Assembly (NCBI GenBank): GCA_050084985.1
Contig: JBITNC010000001.1
Location: 53,940,001-54,004,000 of the forward strand
Source of the DNA: Nageia nagi
Lineage: Eukaryota; Plantae; Pinophyta
Reading direction: 5' to 3'
DNA: 64,000 nt
Shown: positions 13,563-27,040 of the stretch, one piece after another
How positions within the stretch are numbered: position 1 is the first letter of the stretch
How the letters are laid out: the number at the start of each line of letters is the position of its first letter
Notes under the pieces: generated by a model
Database searches by the model: none
The model's input: only the letters and a program-made list of their open reading frames with translations
Told to the model about the DNA's origin: nothing
Position numbers and translations under genes: made by a program

Positions 13563-14506
13563 AGAATTTCAAATAATGACCATACACATAAGGAGAAAAT
13601 GAATTTAACTAAAGCACTAATAAGTAATGGTTATTCTATTAAAGAGATTAGAAATGCATGAAATAAGATATAAAGAGGAAGAACTAATGAGATAAATGAT
13701 CATAATAATACTAATTCATACATAGGGGTAGCTTACCTTCCATATATCAAGGTTCAAGTGATAATTTACCTAAAATATTAATCAAAGCACATATTAAGAT
13801 AATTTTTCTTTCTCTCAATAAATTAGAGAATGTGTTCATTTCTATGAAAGACCACTTAGAACCCTTCCAACATAAAGGTGTATATAAGATAATATGTGAG
13901 TATGGAACTTGTTACCTTAGTGAAATAGGTAGGTCAATACTTGAAAGAATTAAAGAACATTGTGCAAATTTACAATATAATAGAATAATGAAATCTTCCC
14001 TTGCTAAAATATGGATAAGACTAAACACCATATACTCATGGATAAGGTTGAATTCTTGGCTAAATGTGATAAATTACAAGAACAAAGAATTCAAGAAGCT
14101 ATTGAAATTAAACTTAACCATAATAATATTAAAAGAGACCAAAGTATTGATATTAGTAGGGCATGGTTACCTATTTTTGACCTAATTCATGAACATAGAA
14201 TGAAAAATAATGTGATACTAAATTAGCCATAAATTTTGCATTTTAATTTGATTTTTCATGTTCTTTACATTGTTGGGAAGATATTTTTATGTAAAATTTA
14301 ACTATATTAATATTTTTGGTATTTTATAATGATATAGGTATGACATTAATCTATAAAACTTGGGTATTTCTAATCTCTACTTAAAGAAGAAAGTTCCTCT
14401 TTATTTGTTTTTCATTCAGTAATTATGAAGATGGATCCCATAGATTGGAATCAAAAAGTCAATAATTAAAATTCATATGCAAGTAAACCTCAAACCATTA
14501 AAGAGA
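13563..14506 (+). mobile_element. 5'-truncated Penelope-like retroelement (Dryad-type): RT C-terminal domain, GIY-YIG endonuclease and 3' end
   Basis: RISNNDH...LISNGYS, AYLPYIK, then GVYKIICEYGTCYLSEIGRSILERIKEH (ORF 13832) and, after a frameshift, RIQEAIEIKLNHNNIKRDQSIDISRAWLPIF (ORF 14011). Absent from the paralogous gag-pol at 31190-31205, so it is an insertion. Confidence 0.9.
14420..14468 (+). ncRNA. Decayed minimal hammerhead ribozyme of the Penelope terminal repeat
   Basis: aTGAAGA-tg-GATCCCA-tagat-TGGaATC-aAAAaGTC matches CUGANGA-stem II-GAAAcGUC with core substitutions. taatta on both sides could form stem I. Position 3' of the GIY-YIG ORF is as expected. Confidence 0.65.
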
Positions 14507-15983
14507 AATTTGAAGTTGTTGATGAATATGATTCAGAATAGAAACTTGTTTAAAAAACTTGAAAATAATATCAATAGATAAGTTAATTTTGGTGATAAAA
14601 ATTAGGTGAGCATTATTGATAAAGGAACAATTATATTCAAATTAAATATCAACAAGAATATGCATATGCATAATACATTATATGTTCTTGGGTTGAAACA
14701 TATTCTCTTAAGCATTGGTCAATTATGTATGAGAAACTACAAAGTAGTTTATACAAAGAAGAGCTATAAAATCACAAATGAGACCAATAATTAAGTAGTT
14801 GTTACTATTCTCATGTCTAAGAATAGAATGTATATGTTAAAAATGTATTCAATTATAAATTATTTAAAGACTAGAGTTGATCTTGCATGGTTATAGCATA
14901 AGAGGTTCAAATAAGAACCCAGAGCTTGGTACTCTAAAATTGACACCTATTTCCATTAAAATGGTTATCAAAGGTGATCAATAGAAGCTATATAATTATA
15001 CACATAGGTAATTGGATTTGACTTCATAATTAGATATTTATTTGTTGATGATATTATCTTTGAGTACTTCCCATACCTTATTGAAGCAATTTAAAATTGC
15101 CATGGTGAATGAGTTTGAGATGAGTAGTTTAGATGAAATGCAATATTTCCTTACAATGCAAGTGAAGTAATCATCTAGTGGCATTTTCATCATTTAAAAA
15201 AATTAAGTTGAAGATATTTTGGTAATATTTTCCATCAAGGACTACAAAGCAATTACTACATCAAAATTTGTTGGTTGCAAATTGATGAAAGAGGAACCCA
15301 CTTTTCTTGTTAATGTAATCTTATATAGGTCTCTTGTTGGTAGGCTATTGTATCTCATAGCTACAATACCTAATATTATATTTATAGTTAGTTTAGTAGC
15401 AAGATTAATGCATTATTCACATGAATCATATTTGAAAAAAGCCAATATAATTCTTTGATATGTAAGTGGCACAAAACTTTTGGTATGTATTATAAAACAC
15501 TAATTATAATAATCTTGAAGAGTACATAGATGTTGATTGGGCAAAAATTCTTGATAACTAGAAAAAGCATTTGACTATGCCTTCTTCTTTGGCAAATCCT
15601 AAATTTCTTAGAGTAGCAAGAAGTAATATATTGTTTCTCTTTCCACTATTGAAACAAAATATATGGTCACCCCCTCTACTTGTACTTAATCGACTTAGAT
15701 GCATAGATTCTTTGAATACTTGGGCATGTAAACTATCCATCCTATTACAATTCACTATGAAAACACTAGCAGCATTACAAGAATAAATAATCCAATGTTT
15801 TTACATCTAGAGAAAGCATATAGCTATTCACCATCATTTCATGAGCAACTTGTGAAGGATGAATTCATTGAATTCAAATTTTGTAATTTTGAATATCAAC
15901 TTGCATATATATTCACTAAAGCATTGGAAAAATATTGATTCCTTAATTTTCAAAATTTAATTGGAATCCAAACCTTTGACATT

Positions 15984-15993
15984 AAGGGGGGAA
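15984..15993 (+). promoter_or_regulatory. Polypurine tract
   Basis: aaggggggaa immediately before LTR2. Confidence 0.85.
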
Positions 15994-17296
15994 TTAAAGT
16001 AAATAATGTTTCATGGTTTGGATATTCAAATTTTAACAACAACAATTTTATTCTATCTCTCTCCTAGAAATAACTACTACAAGACTACTATTTCAACTAC
16101 CTAATTTAATTTCTATTGTAGAAATGTAGTTGAGCTTTTAATTCTCATAATCTAATTTACTATAGTAAGATCTTCTTCTCCTATAAGGACATGGGTGTCC
16201 ATTACTCTATTTACATTTTTTCTTGACATCTTTTATGGATTTTGTCCTTATGGTTAGAATTTTGGACTGTTGAACACTCTATCTTCTTGAACAATGCATG
16301 TAAAGATAATTTTTCCCTCATTGTATTATAATATTACATTCATTTCACAATAGCAATAGCAATAAATATTGCTTTTCAACTATTTTTTATGGTTGTATGA
16401 TATGCTTTCTTTTCTAGGCATGTTTGTATAAGAAAATACTTGCAAATATTTACATAAGAGATATGGAAAAAAACCAAGGTGATATTCATCTATTTGGTAG
16501 CATTTTCACTATGTGAGTAATTATTAAATTTTCATTTTATGCAATAGATTTGAACATTTTTGTGGTTGTCCAAAACTATACTTTTTTCAAATCAATTTTC
16601 TTTTGGAGTTTATAAAATTTATTCTAGACCTCCATTTGGTGTGATTCATTTTATTTTGGATAAGTGGTTTCACCATCTTTCCAACCATATATATAATTAC
16701 CTAAGTTTTTGGCATATCACACTCATAAACCATGATTTTGAAACCTACACTTACATAGTCCTACTTAGTAACCCCTATGAAGTGTTTTACTTATAGCTAA
16801 GTTTGGACCAATCTATTATATTCTATATGGCCCAATCCTTTCACCATTGGATATATATTTGTATTTAATTTATAATGGTATATATAAATCTTATATTTTG
16901 ATAAATATTGATGAAGTTACATCAATTTATCATGATTACATATAACTAGATTTGTCTTTGTTTTGCACCTAGATTTTATCTCTATTTTCTATTTGAAAAA
17001 TTTGCCTTTGTCTCCATATTAGACTTGCATATTATATTCCTAAAACCATATAATTCTCAAAAACCTTATGCATCATATATATTGACCTTTTTATCCACTT
17101 GGGAGACCCATATATGACTCAAAAAGCTTTGTATTTACCCTAGGAACTTCAAATTCATATTCTCAAAGATTCATAGCTCCATTTGACACATGTGAGCACT
17201 CATTGAAAAGATATTTTTGAGATATATCAAACCATATTAAAAAAATACTTATGAGAGCACAATTTTATTTTACAACCTTTGAAATTATTGATGGTT

Positions 17297-18608
17297 TATG
17301 AGGATCCAAAATCACCTTCAATAAAAAATAATCAATACTAGGGTTTTTGCAACCCCCAAACACCAAATAGCTGAAATCTAATGCAATCACATCCCAACAA
17401 TTGCCTTCTAGGGCACACAAAAATCCCACAATACCAACATGGGTTCTCCTAATACCCCACACCTCACACAACATCAAAAAAGGGACACATAATGTTGACA
17501 TCAACCTATAGGGATTCACCAACACCCTATAAACCCTATGAATTCCTTACAACAATAATGCACAACACAAGAATGCTAACAATGAGTACAAAAGTATGAA
17601 GCTTTCAACACTAGTATATCACCAAACATGGAACATATAATGATATAATAAGAACGTAATTATATGGGACATAATGAATTACCTTTTGGATTATGAGAGA
17701 TTATGAATATACAATGGAGGTACACCAACTGATCTAGGGTTCCAAACCGTCTAAAAAACCAAACCAAACTATAGGATAGGCTTACTCTCTCAGTATTCAA
17801 ATACCCTCCTACGAAGGACTCTCCTCAAATCCTAGAGACTAATGAAGGTAGAAACTTATCCTTGAAATTCCACCAGATGGGCTAGGTGACCCACCTAAGT
17901 TGTATAATGTAGGCTCCTAACCCTATCACTCCTCTAGACACCATTTAGGAATAGTTGTTTAGCACTGCTAAGACTTTATTTCCTGATCAAAATTGGTATA
18001 GAAAGTGTATGATAAGTGGTAACCTCATAATGGAGCTTCATCCCTTATATATAGTCTCTCATGTACACATATCATGCCTTGTTATCACCCCAAGCCATTT
18101 CTAATCCAACATTAGGATCAATAAATCAACCATGCCAATGTGGGGATCATATTGGCCTAGTATGCCAACTAGGGTTCATAAAGATCTTTAACATTGATGT
18201 GGGGTCTAAATGGCCTTTTAGGATAATGTGCAATCCAAATGGCCTTTAAGGTTGATGTTGGGATTTGTAAGGTCTCATAAGCCAATGTGGGATATATGAG
18301 GTCCTCCAAACATTAAAATGCTCCTTCATGCACCTCCAACAAGCATGACACATGACTACCTAGGGTTTCCCACAATTTGAGATTACCCATGAACTACACA
18401 CATCACAATGGGATTCCCACAATCTAGGATAACCCATCACAACACACAACATTACTACTCAAGGGATACATCCCATTATTGGGCTCATAATAGTTCCATA
18501 AACCATAAGCTCCTACTTGAGTTACACAATCACAACATGAACATGAACAAACACTAGAATACAAAGAGTCATTACATAATTTCCCATTGGTCCAAATGGG
18601 ACATCACA
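17297..18608 (-). repeat. 3' LTR of Gypsy element (1312 bp)
   Basis: Direct repeat of 21583-22880; t(a/g)tga...tcaca termini. Confidence 0.95.
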
Positions 18609-19279
18609 AAGCCTCTCCTCTCAAATTAATTACCCTTAATAAATGGTAAGAGATAGCTATGGATTATCTCCTAAGAATCCTTTGGTGCCCTCAACTGCAC
18701 CATACATCATTGGAAGATCATTATGACCCCTAGTCCCTTTAGCTATAGTGAATCATCAATGTTGAATACCTTTGTGAATTGTAGACTCCTAAGCTGGCCA
18801 TGGCATTATTCCCTCAGTGTGTGTTCATAAAAGAATCTCTTCAACCATGGAAGTGCATGCACTCCTACATTGAATTGTACTTGTAATGATCTATGATAGA
18901 TGATTATTAGTGTAAATTATATTGGGCCTAGATCCATCTTAGGATTTAAATGATCCTCAATAATGATGGCATTCCCAAGCCTCAACATGGGATTTCAAAA
19001 CTCTTGGACCCATAGTATTGACTTTCCTACCTCCCTAAAGTCCAACATAGGGTCCTCTCCTCCTTGGACTCTCAATGTGGTTGCTCCAGGTAGTTCCCTA
19101 TCTAACATGGTCATTATAGACACCTCATTGCTCAACATGGTATCTTGACCTATCCTCATATCCAACATGTGATAACTACTCACTTGAATTCCCAATGTGT
19201 CTATTCTGTTCTCCTCCTTAGTCAACTCGACCAGATCTAACCTATTGTTGGTATGTTATGTGTCCTTATCCCTTAACCC

Positions 19280-21546
19280 TTATATTATGTACTCCACTCC
19301 ATCTATTTCAAACCTCATAGTAAGGTTTTGGTAGTTGGTATGAATGTCACCCAACTCAAACAACCATTGTACCCCAAGGATGATGTGCAAATGCCCTTTC
19401 AAAGGGTAGAGGTAGAAATCCTCTCTCACTGCATAGCCTTGCATTCTTACTCCTAACCTCTTTATAATCATGTCCACCAATGTGAGCTTCCTATTGGCAT
19501 TTGAAACTCAAAAACCCTTCATTTTCAACTCCTTTCTCTCTAAAAAAGTTGATTTCGATGAAGTTGTGGGATTCTCTTGGATCTATCATCACCATAACAT
19601 CCTAGCTGTAAGCTTACCCAATAAAATTCAATGTTAAAAACTTCTTCACCCCATGGAGTGAAGCCACCATGATTCCTAAAATGGCCTCTACACAAAGTAG
19701 CTATGAGTCATCCAACCATTCATTCAAGTCCAATTTTGACTCTTCCAAACTCTCCTCATAATACACCTTGATAAAGTGCACTTGCCCCTTACCTAAGTAA
19801 TGGTGTCTAGGCTTCCAAGTCTTCTTGCAATAGAAGCACTTGCCCTCTTCCCTTAGTTTCTTATTGCATCCAAATAATATGATCTAGGCATGGAGGCTGC
19901 CTTGGCCTTACTAAGCCCTTCCAACAATCTTTGACTTGGTGGTGCCATGTTGGCTAATCCTCCCCTAAGGGATTTCATGGAAGGATCCAAGTCATATGCA
20001 ACCTAAATAGCATCATCCAAGGTTCTAGGGTTAGAAACCTTGACCATTCCACTCAATGGCTTGATCAAGACCTTGATGAAGAAAAATGTCAGCCTCTCCT
20101 CTAGAATATGGTGGATCATTACTAGTAATTTATGAAACTCAATCACAAACTCATCCACTATCTTCATTTGCCTTAATGAATTTAAGTCCCAAAAATAATT
20201 ATTCTCCTTTTTTTTGTCAAATCTCTTCAAATTCATCTAGTGAATTTCTCAAACATGGTGATGTGTGTATACCATTGGTTTACCATGACATGATGCCACC
20301 ATTCCAATGCATCACCCTCTAGATGCAAAGATGCAAAGTTTATGGCCTCCTCCTCCACCATGCTAGGGTTCAACATAAAGTATGTCTATAATTGGTGCAA
20401 CCAAACCCTTACTATCATCTTCTTTCCATCAAATGTGAGAACTTGCATTTTGTTGATCTTATGCTACAAGTCCCTTTTTCCTTCCCACTATCCTTCTGAC
20501 TAATATTGGCCATGTGGCCCTCCTTTCAAACTTAACAACTCCAAGTAACTACTGAAATTGATATCTTATCTCACTTTTGTATGTAGCATGTTGTAATACT
20601 TGTGATGCTTATTTAGTTATAATGCACTAGGTACCCTTACCTTTGAATCCTTGCCTCTTTTTGTGCAAACATAGGTTTATTCAATCTTGGAATGATGGGC
20701 TACTATTCCATTCTTCCAACATTGGCCTCCAAGTAGCATTTTAAGAGGTGGCTTTCCTACTATAGCATCTTTTATAATTGAGACAACTAGAATTAGGGAA
20801 CAATTTATTCCCTAAATCCTTAAATGGAATCCCTATCCCTCACACTTTTGGTTCTCCTCAACAAGTTCTCTCCATCCATCTAATCCTCCTTCAAATACTC
20901 CCTAGAGTCATTCACAACATGATGTGGGGGTGGGGTTGCCTCCTTGGTGTGATGTGGGTTCCTATAACCCTAATAGATTTGTTGTAACCCCTCCTAATCA
21001 TCACTATGTTGACATGGGCTTTCAAGATCTTCTCTATCACCTAGTTGGGCCGGTAGCCTTCTTGAGTATGATGTGGCTCTAGATATTCTACCTCATCTTC
21101 TTATGGATCCACTCCTTCATATCTGGTTCTTCATCCATGCCTCCTATCTGAATCATGCTGTGAAGGATTTGAATCCTCCTATACATGGAACTATTCCTTG
21201 GGTTCTCCTCTCCCTATATTCTATGTTGATCTCCTTCTTGAGATTAACCCTAGTATCGATTCATCCTTTGCTCCATGGATTTCATGGCTTTGGTCATGGT
21301 ATGTAAGGTTGAGATCAATGCCCTAAACTCCCATTTAGGTGTGCCATACTAATTCTTCCCCCTTTCAATCTATGGTTCCTCTTGTGTAGCTTCCTCATAA
21401 CTTTTCTTTTTAATATCTATCTTGTCTTCCATCTAGTGTCTTGGCCCTTCCTCTTGGTAGCCATCTTTAGATCTCCCACCCTTCTTGGTGGATGTCATCT
21501 CTCTCTTACTAGATATGGTGTAATATTTGTGAACCTTGGGTTTCAT
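19280..21546 (-). pseudogene. Gypsy gag (Retrotrans_gag, Zn knuckle) and aspartic protease remnant
   Basis: RFDKKKENNYFWDLNSLRQ...PRTLDDAI; CFYCKKTWKPRH knuckle (about 19810-19840); MIDPRESHNFI protease site (about 19560-19590); IILGVQWLFELG. Start coordinate approximate. Confidence 0.85.
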
Positions 21547-21582
21547 AAAATAGGCTAGAAAGATCCAAGATCTGATACCACT

Positions 21583-22880
21583 TGTGAGGATCCAAAATTA
21601 CCCTCAATAAAAAATAATTAATACTAGGGTTTCTACAACCCCTAAACACCAAATGGCCACACTCTAACATAATCACACCCTAATGATTGCCTTCTAGAGA
21701 ACATAACAATCCCACAAAACTAACATGGGTCCTCCTAAGCACCCACACCTCACACAACATCAAAAAATGGACACACAATACTAACGTTAATCCCTAGGGC
21801 TTCTCTAACACCTTGCAAACCCTAAGAATGCCTTACAACAACAATGCATAACATAAGAATGCTAACTATGGGTACACAAGCAATATAACACAAGTATAAA
21901 ACTTTCAACACAAATATATCACAACACATAGAACATACAATGATATAACAAGAACATAATTATATGGGACATAATGAATTGCCTTTTGGATTATGAGAGA
22001 TTATGAATATATAATGAAGGTACACCAACTGATCTAGAGTTCCAAATCATCTAAAAAACTAAACCAAACTATAGGATAGACTTACTCCCTCTATATTTTA
22101 ATACCCTCCTACAAAGGAGTATCCTCAAATCCTAGAGACCAATGAAGGTAGAAGCTCATCCTTGGAATTCCATTAGATGGGCTAGGTGACCCACCTAAGT
22201 TGTAGAATGTCAAGTTCCTAACTCTACCACTCCTCTAGATGTCATCTAAGAATAGTTTCTTAGCACTGTTAAGAATTTTTTGCCTAATTGGTGCTGATAT
22301 ATAAAGTGTATGATAAGTGGTAACCTCATAATGGAGCTTCATCCCCTAGATATAGTCTCTCATGTACACAGATCATGCTCATTATCACCCCAAGCCATTT
22401 TTAATCCAACATTGGGATCAACATGTCAATCATGCCAATGTGGGGGTCATATTGGCCCAGTATACCTACGTGGGGGTCATATAGGCCCTTAAGGCTAATG
22501 TGGGGTTGAAATGGCCTTTTAGGCTAACATGGGGATCTGTAAAGTCTCATGAGCCAATGTGGGATATGTGGAGTCCTCCCAAAATTGAAACCCTCCTTTA
22601 TGCACCTCCAAAAAGCATGACACATGACTACTTAGGGTTTCCCACAATCTGTATTACCCATGAACTACACATAACACATTAGGATTCCTAAAATCTGGGA
22701 TAACCCATCACAACACACAACATTACTACTCAATGGGAGATGTCCCATTACTAGGCTCTGAATGGGGTCCACATACATAAGATCCTGCTTGAGTTACATA
22801 ATCACAACATGAACATGAATAAACACTAGAATACAAAGAGTCATTATATAATTTCTCATTGGTCCAAATAGGATGTCACA
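21583..22880 (-). repeat. 5' LTR of Gypsy element (1298 bp)
   Basis: TGTGA...TCACA; adjacent to the PBS on the minus strand. Confidence 0.95.
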
Positions 22881-25800
22881 TGGTTATACCATCATCAGAT
22901 CACTATATCTAGACCATGCACCTTAAAATATTCATTTGATATTAGAGATACTCTTTCTATTAGATTCAAATGGATAAAAAAAGTGGAAACTTGGTGTAGT
23001 TAAATATTCCTATATTCAATGGTGAACATTTAAAATATTAAAGTATTCAAATGAAAACTTTTCTTATCTCTCAATACCTATGAAGTCTTATTTCATAGGG
23101 TTATGTAGATATTGATGTTGCATCCTTTGCTCCACTTACAATAGATGAGAAAAAGGAGATTTTAGAGGCCAAAAAAAGGATTCCAAATCCATATTCACCA
23201 TACAAAGTGGGATATATGTGGTTATCTTCCCTAAGATTGCAAAATGCAAGCAATCAAAGGAAGCATGTGAGACTCTTGAAAGTGCTTACAAGGTATCTTC
23301 CAAGGTAAGAGTAGCTAGGCTTCAACACTTGTGTAGACATTTTGAATCCTTAAAAATGAATTAATATGGTACCATTGAGGTCTTTATAACTAGAGTTCAA
23401 ATTTTAGTAAATGGAACTCATTCATGTGGTAAGGCACCAATTGATACTATGCTAATAGAGAAGGTGATGAGAAGTCTTCTAAATTTTTTTTGATCCTATA
23501 ACCATTTGTATTGAGGAGTATGAAGACTTATCTTAAGGTAGACTAGAGAACCTTATTGTAGCATTCCAAGGCAAGTTGAGAATAAATGACTAACCATCAA
23601 GTTCTAAGGAGTATACATATACTAGTTAATCATCTACATTAAGAGGCCATGATAGAGGTCATGATGGATTAGACCATGGAAGAGGAGGTTTTGGTAGAGG
23701 AAGAGGTCGATCAACAAAAAAACTAGAACTCAACCTAAAGATATTATGACTAGAGTGTAAAAGATGATTGTTAGAATAAATAATGCATTATTGTATAAAT
23801 TATTCTTTATATGGTATCTAAAGAATAATATCTCTTCTATTTATGTAACTCACTATTTAATCCACTTAATACTTAAAAGTATTTCTAAATACCTTTAAAG
23901 TATTTAGAAAAATTAATATGGAGATTTATCTTACAATAATCCCACTTGAGGATATTTTATCCTTTGGTCTATGTTATTCTCCTTGGGTAAAATGGTGAGA
24001 CAGAGTGATATTTTTTCCAATAAATAGAGGGATTTCCTTAAGCATTAGATACACTTGTAGAAAGCATTTTTATGCTATCAGTTTGTAGGAGAGTTCTTGA
24101 GAAGAGTTGTAAGAGAGTTCTTTTTCTTGAGAAATAATAAAATTTAGTTTTAACGGATGTTTCTATGGGAAAATTCCTCCCATAGTTTTACCACTTAAAT
24201 CTTGTCTCTAATTTTTGTGATTGCTCTTGAGTTGTTGTTTAGAAGAATATTGCTTCAAGAAGATCTTAGATTAAGAGGATTTTAGCTTCTTTCAATTGGT
24301 ACTGTAGCCATCTTGGAGGCATTTTCTTCCTCTTCTCTTCATATTGAGAGGTAAAATCCATCAAAGGTATAATCTTCTTACCCTCTTTCTCTCCATTTTG
24401 AAGCTATTTTTTGCACTTTTTTGTTAAATTTAGCTTCTCTTTGCTAATTTTTTTTCTACACATAAGGTCTTTTTTTCTTACATACAGAAGTTTTTTTTTT
24501 TCTCAAATAAGTTTATATTTGATAGCTTATTGTTGTTAAATAGCTTATTATTGTAGAATAACTAAATAAGAAGGAGAATTTTTATTCACTTTTACCATTT
24601 TATTTTGGTAAGAAGCATTCTTTTTTAGGAAATTAACTTCATTTTATTAAAAATTTAGAAGGGGGAGGAATATTTCAGTTATGATAACAAGTTAGAGTAC
24701 CCATTAAATTTTTGGACAAAATGAATATTTTTCTCTTAAAAAACACTAAGTAAATTAATTTTTGCAAAAACAAAACTTCTAAGTATTTTATTTTTTTCCA
24801 AAAAGAGAAAAATGGAGCTTTTTCACTAGAGCTTCATCGTAAAGCTCAAATATCTATGTTTTTAATTTCTTGCATGAAAGGGATAAATTTTCTTGTAATT
24901 AATTTGTAATTAATTCTTTAGTTGTTGCTACAAGCTTGGCCATTCTTATTACAATCAAGCCCATGCCTCCTTTAATGTAAATCTTAACTAGTAAATTTTT
25001 TTTCATGCCTTGAATGCATGTGCTCTCTTTGACACCATCATTATTTTTGAAGAAAACAAAAAATAATAAATAACATATATCTATGTAAAATATTTGTGGC
25101 TACCCCAAATGGGAAGGAGCATAGCCCATAGCTTGCAACCCCCTTGGGTGGCTCATAAGGTGCAATGCCCATGAACGAGGCACACAACCACTGCGAACCA
25201 TCCCCTTATAAAAAGTTATTATTATTATTTTTGTATTGATTAATAATAATAATAATAATGTATTAAAACTATTAATATTTTTTACAATATGCTAAAAATA
25301 TATCTATTTTTTCACACACGCACACACACACATATATGAGAAAATTAAAATATTTCTTAAAGAAATAAAAAAAGGAATTTTTTCCTTTAAAAAGGAGGAG
25401 AATAAAATTGTGATCGTTATTATTTTTTGGCTCGCTCCTTATCATATGAGGGTTTTGTAATCATTTCCTAACTCTTCGTTGTTAGTTTGTGGTTATGGTT
25501 GTCCATGAGGTGTGCTTAACTCCACCCAACCTTTTTGTATGAAAAAGTTTTTAATAATATAAATTTTTTTTTTCATCCAAAAACATTGTGATATATTTTT
25601 TTACCATTAACAATAATAATATTTTAATTTTATTATAAATAAATTACAATTTTTAATATTATTTTGGTTGGTAAACTAAGAGATTTTTCTTCCCTAATAC
25701 ATGACACTGTTTCCCTTAGGCTTCGAGCCAAAGATTAAGGGGCATCCATGCTATCAAAATCCACCAAGGCAATGCACCTCACAAGATTTGAGGTGTAGCT

Positions 25801-26377
25801 CCTTGCTAAAGCTACACCTTAAGTTAAAAGTGAAAACCTATATATACATGTCACTTATGTTTTAACTAGTACATGTGGGATTTTTTTTCTAAATACAGAT
25901 AGTAAAAGCAATAGTGTTTTATGTGGATGATTTTTTTTTAGGCACAAGTTGATGCCTAACATTATTTTTTTTGCAAATGATTGCAATGCTTTGGTAATTT
26001 ATTTTCTAAAAGACCATTTTTTGCAAATGTTGCAACTTTATATGTCAATTCTTTTTTTTTTTTTTTAACTTGAAAAGTTTCAAGATTAATTTTTTACAAA
26101 ATGTTAAAGAATTTTTAAATGATGATTTTGCACAAAAGAATTATGATGTGCATATCTAAGAATGTACATCCCAATTTGACATTCTTAATGCAATATTTTT
26201 TATCAAAAAATTTGTGTACATACATTTTTTTATCAATGCAACATTTTAAGGCAAAATGCAAATTTGACATTTTTAAGTTTTTTTTTTGAATAAATTTGCA
26301 ATATTTGATCAAACTTAAAGAATTATTTGCAAATTGAACCTTCTTAATATGACTTGTGCAATTAATCAAATGTTTAA

Positions 26378-26550
26378 ATAATCTTAAGATAACTCTTACA
26401 AAGTCTTTGTAAATATTTAGATAATCTTAAGATGACATTTGCAAAGTAAATATTTGGCTTTCTTAAGATGAATTTTAAAATTAAGGAAATATTGGACAAT
26501 TTTAAGATGAATTTTGCAAAGTAAGAAATCATTTGGACAATCTTAAATAA
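26378..26550. repeat. Degenerate tandem repeat, unit about 40 bp (aatcttaagatga...gcaaagt)
   Basis: Four to five diverged copies seen directly. Confidence 0.6.
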
Positions 26551-26911
26551 GACTTACAATATTATGCCAATATTTTGTACAAATAATGGTAAGTTTAGAA
26601 CAACTTTTATGATATTTTAATTATATCATATCTAAGCTCAATTTGTGGAGTTTAGATCTATGCTTCTTTTTAAGTTTTGTTTAAGTGAATGTTTAGTTGA
26701 TGGCAACTTCATTCTAAAATGACTAAGTTGCATTTTTTTTATCAAAAGGGATTTTGATGTAGATTTGCATATTGGTTAAAGTGGTTTTTATTTAATCTCA
26801 ATTTTGGTTGTGCACTTATTGATATCATTGTTTCATTGTGCACAATTTAGATATCCTTAACTAGAAGTGAAAGTTGTGTAAACTTCCTTCCATTATTGAT
26901 TGTGAAAAGGT

Positions 26912-27040
26912 GAATATTTTGTATATCACCATTTTTTAATGCATATTTGAATATTTTGTATATCACCATTGTTATGCATAGGTTGATAGTATATCACCAT
27001 TGTTATGCATATATTGATATTTTATCACCATTATTGTGCA
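26912..27040. repeat. Tandem repeat (atatcaccattgttatgcata), 4 copies
   Basis: Seen directly. Confidence 0.75.

Larger units (their letters stand above)
12673..15983 (+). pseudogene. Copia gag-pol copy 1; internally deleted (no integrase, no RT N-terminus) and interrupted by a Penelope element
   Basis: ENQVKILVFNSELFEYWIIRM gag start, SKEAWEILE, RG-rich linker, decayed Zn knuckle (about 13440-13490), protease region 14515-14800 (LYVLGLKHILLSIGQL). Jumps at about 14910 to RT (RAWYSKIDTYF, LFVDDI, YRSLVGRLLYL) and RNase H. Confidence 0.9.
17297..22880 (-). mobile_element. Non-autonomous Ty3/Gypsy element (gag + protease only)
   Basis: Perfect TSD TGGTT (17292-17296 / 22881-22885); LTRs 17297-18608 and 21583-22880; PBS tctgatacca 21571-21580; PPT complement cctctcctctc at 18612-18622. 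Confidence 0.95.
15994..22934 (+). repeat. LTR2 (shared middle LTR), split as 15994-17296 and 22886-22934 by a Gypsy insertion
   Basis: Preceded by a PPT and followed by decayed PBS tgatattagag (22937-22947) and a second gag; homologous to LTR1. Confidence 0.9.

Noticed and set aside
13832-14226. Bacterial UvrC or homing endonuclease contamination
   Set aside because: The upstream NGY and LPY motifs, the EAIEI...RD...W tail and the hammerhead-like 3' end fit a Penelope element, and it is embedded in plant Copia sequence.
18061-22682. Similar ORFs at 18061 and 22310/22500
   Set aside because: They lie in the two LTR copies; the similarity reflects the LTR duplication, not a gene family.
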